A stretch of 64,000 nt of DNA. It comes from a virus. Below the pieces are notes generated by a model, which worked only from the letters and a program-made list of their open reading frames with translations, did no database searches and was not told the origin of the DNA. A program made the translations under genes and the position numbers. The stretch covers positions 32,001 through 96,000 of the IMG/VR virus record IMGVR_UViG_3300008111_000005. The stretch is one strand, 5' to 3'. Positions 58,116 through 64,000 of this stretch are shown here, in pieces; within the stretch, counting starts at the first letter, position 1; each line of letters starts with the position of its first letter.

Positions 58116-59429
58116 TTAAGGTAAAAATCCATATTGTTCGTTAAACTCTTTTGAATATCGTCCTGTTTCGTCTGTATGATCGGCGTGTGGTATTTTACCA
58201 CCGTTTTTCATTACGATTTTTTGTTGTTTGATAAACTTATCAATATCAAACTGTCCTTCCAAATATCGTTTAATCTGCGCCAATCGTAACTCAACACCTT
58301 GACTGTATCCGTACATCAATGCATCTTCGTATTTTTGTCTATCTGGATGTAGTGACAATGGTGTTTCTCCTTTATGCACCATTAACTTTTCAAATATACC
58401 GAATGCCACTTTCCAATTCAAGCAGGTGTCTGTACGATTTCTCCAATCCATATCAATACCTGTACCAGGACAATGTGCCTTACAAGTTAAGAAGAAACGA
58501 CATCCTTGACATCCACCGTGTTCCTGCGGTGTGTGGTATAACGCCATTTGACGTTCAAATCCATCATATTGGGCTTTAATCCAATTAATACCTTCTTTAT
58601 TTCCACGACCACAATTTGCTTGGTTTCCTTGTGAATCAATACCTTGCACTGCGTGGGTAGTATATGGGTCACACGATAAGAAGGTACATGTTGCATTATT
58701 ATCTTGTGCCTTTAACATATCTTCTACGTCACGGAAAATATCGAATCGAAATGACCGTTTACCAGGACCATTTAATTCATTAATTTCAAACTCCCACATA
58801 TCCAGTAAGAATTCAATATTTTGTTCTGGTGTTAACGCAAGTGATTCCCCAATTGAACTGTGGTCAATTTCTAACGGATGGAGGCGAGCGCCATCAACAC
58901 CCCACGATTGAAGTTCTTTTACCCATGCCTTAAATCGGTCACGGTATTTTGGAAGTCCATTCTTTTTGTGAACAGTGATAATTAAACCAAGAGAAATTTT
59001 ATTAGCTAATAGTTTCTTAATTGCTTCAAATGATTTACGAGTAGCTTCTCTGGTTTTTTCCAATGACCCCGCCCAACGAGTATCATTCATTTCATCGGGT
59101 CCGTCGAGGGACACACCAACGTGAACGTTATACTTCTTGAACATTTCAATGTGGCGGTCGGTGATTAAAACACCATTTGTTTGGATACCATTTGCTTTAT
59201 AGCGTTCGTATCCCCACTTAAAAATAGTTTCTAAATCGTCAATATCAGTTAATAATGGTTCACCACCAAATAGAGTAAAGTTACCACCCTCTTTGGCCAA
59301 ACCTTCTAACATTTTTTCAACAGAATATGTTTTTTGACGGAAGTTACCCGCGTCACGCATAGGATGTTCGTAACAATACGGACAACTTAAATTACATACT
59401 ACTCCAACTGGTTCCAATTCAATCGTCAT
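58116..59429 (-). CDS. Radical SAM enzyme with SPASM domain (anSME/peptide-maturase type)
   Basis: CNLSCPYC, FGGEPLL, IQTNG, VSLDG; SPASM cysteines CTFLSC...C...CQGC.....C...C...C. Confidence 0.92.
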   Translation of the reverse strand: MTIELEPVGVVCNLSCPYCYEHPMRDAGNFRQKTYSVEKMLEGLAKEGGNFTLFGGEPLLTDIDDLETIFKWGYERYKANGIQTNGVLITDRHIEMFKKYNVHVGVSLDGPDEMNDTRWAGSLEKTREATRKSFEAIKKLLANKISLGLIITVHKKNGLPKYRDRFKAWVKELQSWGVDGARLHPLEIDHSSIGESLALTPEQNIEFLLDMWEFEINELNGPGKRSFRFDIFRDVEDMLKAQDNNATCTFLSCDPYTTHAVQGIDSQGNQANCGRGNKEGINWIKAQYDGFERQMALYHTPQEHGGCQGCRFFLTCKAHCPGTGIDMDWRNRTDTCLNWKVAFGIFEKLMVHKGETPLSLHPDRQKYEDALMYGYSQGVELRLAQIKRYLEGQFDIDKFIKQQKIVMKNGGKIPHADHTDETGRYSKEFNEQYGFLP

Positions 59430-59458
59430 ATAACCTCGTGATTAATAAATCATTTTAT

Positions 59459-59487
59459 AAGTTACTACATTCCACCCACATTGTCAA
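59459..59487 (-). promoter_or_regulatory. Sigma70-type promoter for the rSAM unit
   Basis: TTGACA-17 nt-TAACTT in the 64-nt gap. Confidence 0.55.
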
Positions 59488-59493
59488 GCCCCA

Positions 59494-60264
59494 TTATGGA
59501 CCAACAAATACTGGTTGGTCACTATGTGGTGTGGTATTATCTGTATGAGCAGCGGGAGTAGTGTTATCGGTGTGTGCAGCCGGTGTGGTATTATCCGTAT
59601 GAGCAGCGGGAGTAGTGTTATCGGTGTGCGCAGCCGGTGTGGTATTATCCGTATGTGCTGCTGGAGTCGTATTGTCCGTATGTGCTGCATTGATAGTAGT
59701 ATTTGTGTGTGCCGCGGCAATGTCTGTGTGGCTGGTAGCAATGTCTGTGTGACTCGCTGGTGTGGTATTGTCCGTATGTGCTGCGTTGGTAGTATTATCC
59801 GTGTGTGATGCGTTAATAGTGGTATCAGTATGTGCTGCTGGCGTGGTGTTGTCGGTGTGTGCAATGTTAGTGTGGGATGTAGCAATATCAGTATGAGATG
59901 TTGCTATATTCGTGTGGGATGTTGCGATGTCGGTATGCGCAGCATTCGTAGTGTTGTCTGTATGTGATGCGTTAATAGTGGTGTTAGCAAACGCAATATT
60001 CGTGTGTGAATTTCCAGTGTAATTGTCTGTGTGCGCAGCTGCGATATTAGTATGCGATGCAGCAACATTGGAATGTGGTGTAGTGCTGTTACTAAACGCA
60101 ATATTACTGTGTGCAATATCGGAATGTGAAGATATTGTCGCAATATTACTATGCGCAATATCTGTATGTGCTGACGACGCAGCGGCATTACCGTGTGCGA
60201 TATTTGTATGTGATCCAGCCACATTGCTATGACCGCCGGGAGAATAACTATCGGAATGTGCCAT
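59494..60264 (-). CDS. [H/F]-x-[D/N] repeat protein B (256 aa, 33 motifs)
   Basis: Almost entirely HTDNTTPAA, HTDIATS and HTNIA units; AGGA RBS. Confidence 0.88.
   Translation of the reverse strand: MAHSDSYSPGGHSNVAGSHTNIAHGNAAASSAHTDIAHSNIATISSHSDIAHSNIAFSNSTTPHSNVAASHTNIAAAHTDNYTGNSHTNIAFANTTINASHTDNTTNAAHTDIATSHTNIATSHTDIATSHTNIAHTDNTTPAAHTDTTINASHTDNTTNAAHTDNTTPASHTDIATSHTDIAAAHTNTTINAAHTDNTTPAAHTDNTTPAAHTDNTTPAAHTDNTTPAAHTDNTTPAAHTDNTTPHSDQPVFVGP
59521..59690 (-). repeat. 27-nt coding tandem repeat (HTDNTTPAA, about 6 copies)
   Basis: Units differ at synonymous positions. Confidence 0.85.
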
Positions 60265-60281
60265 AAAATATTATTCCTGAA

Positions 60282-61442
60282 TTATGAGCAGAGTTCGTTG
60301 GTACCACCACATACTTGATAATTAGAACACGCTAGGTAATAAAAACAACCCGAACATGTAACCAAATTGATACCATCACATACACTAGTACCATCGGTGC
60401 AACAATAATTATTTGTATGAGAGGCATTTGCCGTACTGTCTTGGTGGGATATTGAAGTATTAGTGAATGCAATATTATTATGCGCAATATCAGAATGTGA
60501 AGATATCGCCGCAATATTACTATGTGCTATATCCGTATGTGCGGAAGAAGCTGCAATGTTACTATGCGCAATATTAGTATGTGCCGCAGCGATATTTGAA
60601 AAGTTTGTAGTACTATCCGTATGACCTATTGATGTATTCGTATGTGCTGCGTTGGTAGTACTATCCGTGTGTGCGATATTTGTATGTGAATTTGGTATAT
60701 AACTGTTTGTATGTGCAGCAGGTATTGTACTATCGGTATGCGGAATTGTGGTATTCGTGTGTGGTATTGTGGTGTTGGTATGTGGAACTGTGGTATTGAC
60801 GAACGCAATATTTGTGTGAGCTGCTGGTGTGGTATTGTCCGTATGTGCTGCATTGATAGTAGTATTTGTATGTGCTGCGTTGATAGTAGTATCTGTATGT
60901 GCTGCTGGTATCGTAGTATTTGTGTGAGGAATAGTGGTATTTGTGTGTGGAGTTGTATTATCTGTATGTGATGATGGTGTGGTGTTATCTGTATGTGCAG
61001 CAATCGTGGTATTGTCTGTGTGTGCAGCAATTGTTGTATTATCGGTGTGTGCAGCAATCGTGGTATTATCGGTGTGTGCTGCGTTGATAGTAATATCAGT
61101 ATGTGCTGCTGGAGTGGTGTTATCGGTGTGTGCCGCAGTTACGTCGGTGTGACCACGAATTTCACTACCTGTACCAGAAATCCAATGCCAAAAAGTACTT
61201 TCAACCCACACAGAACCAGCCTTTGCACCTGCCGCAGCACCTAAGTTTGTATATGCAATTGTACGGTCAACCCCTGTAGCGGAGATATAATGGAAATCAT
61301 TTCCATCTACCCACACCGATCCAGGTTTAGCTCCCGCTGGTGATGTACCGGCGGTACCAGTATAATAATATTCATTTCCCGAGCCGTCTATGAAACGAAA
61401 CGTTTCACCATCAACCCAGATACTACCAGGTGCCTTTGGCAT
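60282..61442 (-). CDS. [H/F]-x-[D/N] repeat protein A (386 aa, 33 motifs) with a 3x GSxWV N-domain and an 8-Cys C-terminal tip
   Basis: PGSIWVDG/PGSVWVDG/AGSVWVES repeats, HTD array, YCCTDGTSVC...ELCS. Confidence 0.88.
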   Translation of the reverse strand: MPKAPGSIWVDGETFRFIDGSGNEYYYTGTAGTSPAGAKPGSVWVDGNDFHYISATGVDRTIAYTNLGAAAGAKAGSVWVESTFWHWISGTGSEIRGHTDVTAAHTDNTTPAAHTDITINAAHTDNTTIAAHTDNTTIAAHTDNTTIAAHTDNTTPSSHTDNTTPHTNTTIPHTNTTIPAAHTDTTINAAHTNTTINAAHTDNTTPAAHTNIAFVNTTVPHTNTTIPHTNTTIPHTDSTIPAAHTNSYIPNSHTNIAHTDSTTNAAHTNTSIGHTDSTTNFSNIAAAHTNIAHSNIAASSAHTDIAHSNIAAISSHSDIAHNNIAFTNTSISHQDSTANASHTNNYCCTDGTSVCDGINLVTCSGCFYYLACSNYQVCGGTNELCS

Positions 61443-61474
61443 ATATTAAAATCTCCACATAACGATAACTTTCA

Positions 61475-61482
61475 TATAAATA
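61475..61482 (-). promoter_or_regulatory. TATTTATA motif before repeat protein A
   Basis: Exact copy about 33 nt upstream of ATG 61442, followed by GGAG. Confidence 0.45.
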
Positions 61483-61485
61483 GAG

Positions 61486-62349
61486 TTATACACAAGTAAA
61501 TGTTCCTAAACAACCAACTGGCCGTGCTGCACATACTACTGCGTAGACACTACTATTGGGATTTGTATAAAAATTTGACCCAGATGATGGACTACCATCG
61601 GCACAAGTTACATATCCTGCGGGACACGATGCATCCACACCACGAGTTCCTTGTGGACCTGTTGGTCCTTGTACACCAGTAATTCCCTGTACTCCAGCCG
61701 ACCCCGTGGATGCCGCTGGTGCAGAAATACCTGTAACTCCTACAACACCCGTTGCTCCTTGTGGTCCCGATGGTCCTGTTGCACCCGCTGTGGGTAATCC
61801 TACAACACCACCTACACCCGTAGCACCCACCACGTTTGTTAATCCCGATGGTCCTGTTTGTCCAATAATTCCTGTTATACCAAGAATTCCTTGAATACCT
61901 GTTGCACCTGTTGGTCCTGTTGCACCCGTTGCGCCTGTTGACCCAGACACTAGTGAACCGATACCTGTAGCACCCGTTGGTCCTGTAATACCAATAGACC
62001 CCGATGCTCCTGTTGGCCCTGTTGGTCCCGTAGACCCAGTAACACCAGTTGGTCCAATAACTCCTGTTGGCCCTGTTGGTCCTAGTGGTCCTGTTGGTCC
62101 AGTTGGACCTGAGGTAGTTAATCCCGTTACCCCAGATACTCCTGTTGGTCCAGTAGACCCAGACCCAGCTATACCTACCAAACCAATTGGACCTGTTGGA
62201 CCTCTATCACCTATAACTCCTGTTGCACCAGGTCCATATGATGCGGTTAATACATTTACTCCCGCAGCGTATGTTGCAGTAAATGCTAAATTACTATATA
62301 ATGCAACGCTTGCAGTAGTTGGTGTACCAAGTGGAAAAAATGTGGTCAT
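61486..62349 (-). CDS. Collagen-like fibre protein with Cys-rich C-terminus
   Basis: G-x-T triplets (GPT/GAT/GIT) with interruptions; 5 Cys in the last about 46 aa. Confidence 0.88.
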   Translation of the reverse strand: MTTFFPLGTPTTASVALYSNLAFTATYAAGVNVLTASYGPGATGVIGDRGPTGPIGLVGIAGSGSTGPTGVSGVTGLTTSGPTGPTGPLGPTGPTGVIGPTGVTGSTGPTGPTGASGSIGITGPTGATGIGSLVSGSTGATGATGPTGATGIQGILGITGIIGQTGPSGLTNVVGATGVGGVVGLPTAGATGPSGPQGATGVVGVTGISAPAASTGSAGVQGITGVQGPTGPQGTRGVDASCPAGYVTCADGSPSSGSNFYTNPNSSVYAVVCAARPVGCLGTFTCV

Positions 62350-63908
62350 AGGAATGCGTTACTGTGAGCGGCAGCGACATTTGAATGTGCTGCGGTGATA
62401 TTGGAGAAATTGGTGGTATTGTCTGTATGTGCGGCGGTAATATCCGTGTGTGCTGCGGTTATATCCGTGTGTGCTGCTGCAATGTTACTATGTGCAATAT
62501 TTGTGTGTGCTGCTGCAACATTTGAAAATGCGATGTTACTGTGTGCGATATCAGTATGTGATGCGTTGGTAGTATTATCAGAATGTGATCCTGGTGTAGT
62601 ACTATCAGTAAATGGAATATCGGTATGTGACGACGGTGTAGTACTATTTACGAATGCCGCATCGGTATGCACACCTATTATATCACTGTGATCATTAAAT
62701 GGACTACATGGTGTACCAGATGGACAAGAAGAATATCCGAAATAAAATAAACATCCAGGCCCCGCATCACCATCTAAACAATAAACACCAGTCGCTGCAT
62801 CATCACCATGCCCGATTGTACTGTCCGAATGTGGTTGATCAGTATGTGAGGCCGGCGTGGTACTAGATATTGCCGCAATATTAGTATGTTCTGTGTTAAT
62901 AGTAGTATTTGTGTGTGCTGCGTTAATAGTACTGGAACTTCCCGCAATATTTCCGTGTGAAATATTTGAATGTGGTGTGGTACTAGTAATTCCAGCAATA
63001 TTGGTATGTGCTGTATAATTGTTTGTGTGTGGTATTGTGATATTTGTAAAGTTTGTAGTACTGTCGGTGTGTGCTGCAGTAATATTAGAATGTGGTGTAG
63101 TACTATCACTATGTGGGACCGTAATATCGGAATGTGTTTGATTACATGATCCCGTGACGAAAAATGCAGCTCTTCCCGCAGCACCTTGTGGTCCTGTTGG
63201 ACCGACTGGCCCAGAAGGACCGGTAATACCTGTAACACCAGCGGAACCGAAGGTATTAGGACCACTAATACCCTGTGAACCTGCTGCACCCGTTGCTCCT
63301 GTTGGTCCTACTGGTCCTGTTGCTCCAGCACTACCAGATGGACCGATTGGCCCCGTAGAACCAACTGGCCCCACACCTGTTGGTCCTGTACTACCTTGTG
63401 GTCCTGTTGGACCTGTTGAACCTGTTGGTCCAGTTGCTCCAGCAACACCCGCTACACCACCAAATATACCAACACTACCTGTTGGACCTGTTGCACCAAT
63501 TGCCCCTGTTGGACCTGTTATACCTCGACTACCTGTTGGTCCCGTAACACCGATTACACCAGTGCTACCAGTTGGACCTGTTGGACCCGTGGGGCCTGTA
63601 GATCCTGTGATGCCACTTGGTCCAGTTGGACCTGTTGACCCAGATGTTTGTGGTCCAGTTGATCCTGTGGGTCCAGTTATACCGATAGAGCCGGACACGC
63701 CAGTTGGACCTGTTGGACCTGTTGGCCCCGTTGCTCCTGTTGGTCCTAGTGGTCCTGATGGTCCTGTAAATCCACCTATAGCGAACGATGCAGTAGCATA
63801 TCCAGACCCACTATTTACCGCAACTGACGCTGTAAACGTCAGTACACTTGCAGATAATGCGAATGAACTAGTAGTTGGTGTTCCGTATGGGAAAAACTTA
63901 AACGTCAT
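62346..63908 (-). CDS. Collagen-like fibre protein with C-terminal H-x-[D/N] hairpin and Cys loop
   Basis: About 200 aa of G-x-T, then 13 His motifs, a 4-Cys loop and 13 His motifs. Confidence 0.88.
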   Translation of the reverse strand: MTFKFFPYGTPTTSSFALSASVLTFTASVAVNSGSGYATASFAIGGFTGPSGPLGPTGATGPTGPTGPTGVSGSIGITGPTGSTGPQTSGSTGPTGPSGITGSTGPTGPTGPTGSTGVIGVTGPTGSRGITGPTGAIGATGPTGSVGIFGGVAGVAGATGPTGSTGPTGPQGSTGPTGVGPVGSTGPIGPSGSAGATGPVGPTGATGAAGSQGISGPNTFGSAGVTGITGPSGPVGPTGPQGAAGRAAFFVTGSCNQTHSDITVPHSDSTTPHSNITAAHTDSTTNFTNITIPHTNNYTAHTNIAGITSTTPHSNISHGNIAGSSSTINAAHTNTTINTEHTNIAAISSTTPASHTDQPHSDSTIGHGDDAATGVYCLDGDAGPGCLFYFGYSSCPSGTPCSPFNDHSDIIGVHTDAAFVNSTTPSSHTDIPFTDSTTPGSHSDNTTNASHTDIAHSNIAFSNVAAAHTNIAHSNIAAAHTDITAAHTDITAAHTDNTTNFSNITAAHSNVAAAHSNAFL

Positions 63909-63923
63909 AACACTTACTCTCTA

Positions 63924-64000
63924 TTACGGTGTATTTGCACCTGTTGGTCCTGTTGCTCCTACTGCACCTGTTGGTCCTGTTGCTCCCGTAGCACCCGTAG
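63924..64000 (-). CDS. 3' end of another collagen-like gene (partial)
   Basis: ...[24 protein letters not shown]. Confidence 0.75.
   Translation of the reverse strand, partial: TGATGATGPTGAVGATGPTGANTP

Noticed and set aside
58116-59429. Anaerobic sulfatase maturase as the rSAM function
   Set aside because: The fold class is similar but no sulfatase is in the window, and the HxD tail and neighbours point elsewhere. Not fully excluded without phylogeny.
60265-60284. Repeat proteins A and B as one gene broken by a sequencing error
   Set aside because: The upstream frame stops first and the downstream frame has its own TAA 9 nt before the ATG, so a single indel cannot fuse them. An AGGA RBS is present.
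59494-61150. CRISPR array or non-coding tandem repeat
   Set aside because: Units are multiples of 3 nt, vary at synonymous sites, have no unique spacers and lie in open frames. The Cas4-like gene is stand-alone.
60282-62810. Diversity-generating retroelement acting on fibre tips
   Set aside because: No reverse transcriptase and no template/variable repeat pair seen in the window.
59484-63289. Alternative-frame His/Ile/Cys-rich ORFs over the repeats
   Set aside because: Frame artefacts of low-complexity repeat DNA.
1-64000. Stop-codon recoding, or inteins in PolB, NrdJ, helicase or RecA
   Set aside because: Core genes are full-length under the standard code, all three stops are used and sizes are normal.

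Overview
A 64-kb segment of a large tailed-phage genome (T4-like/myovirus-type gene set, standard genetic code, AT-rich). Every credible gene lies on the minus strand. From right to left (direction of transcription) it holds: (1) collagen-like and His-x-Asp/Asn-repeat fibre genes followed directly by a radical SAM/SPASM gene, a small HADHVD-motif protein and a Cys-motif/methyltransferase fusion; (2) an SNF2-type helicase and a tail module (chaperone with a probable programmed frameshift, tape measure, baseplate/hub, DUF2272-like hydrolase); (3) a T4-like replication and nucleotide core (PolA-like, gp32, RecA/UvsX, RNase H, helicase, class II RNR, thioredoxin, dUTPase, PolB, ligase, clamp, clamp loader, dCMP deaminase); and (4) many auxiliary genes (TonB-dependent receptor, IscA, APS kinase, three sulfotransferase-like genes, 2OG/JmjC oxygenases, an aKG-HExxH enzyme, two Mom-like proteins, ClpP, SpoU and a glycosylation cluster). 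The main candidate for an undescribed system is the fibre locus. Its [H/F]-x-[D/N] motifs are spaced 5, 7 or 9 residues apart in a mirror-image code: around a Cys-rich loop within one protein, and between two adjacent genes for a second pair. This points to antiparallel, in-register needle-like fibres, and they sit beside a radical SAM/SPASM enzyme that may cross-link them in a RiPP-like way. Family names come from motifs recognised by eye; no database search was run.
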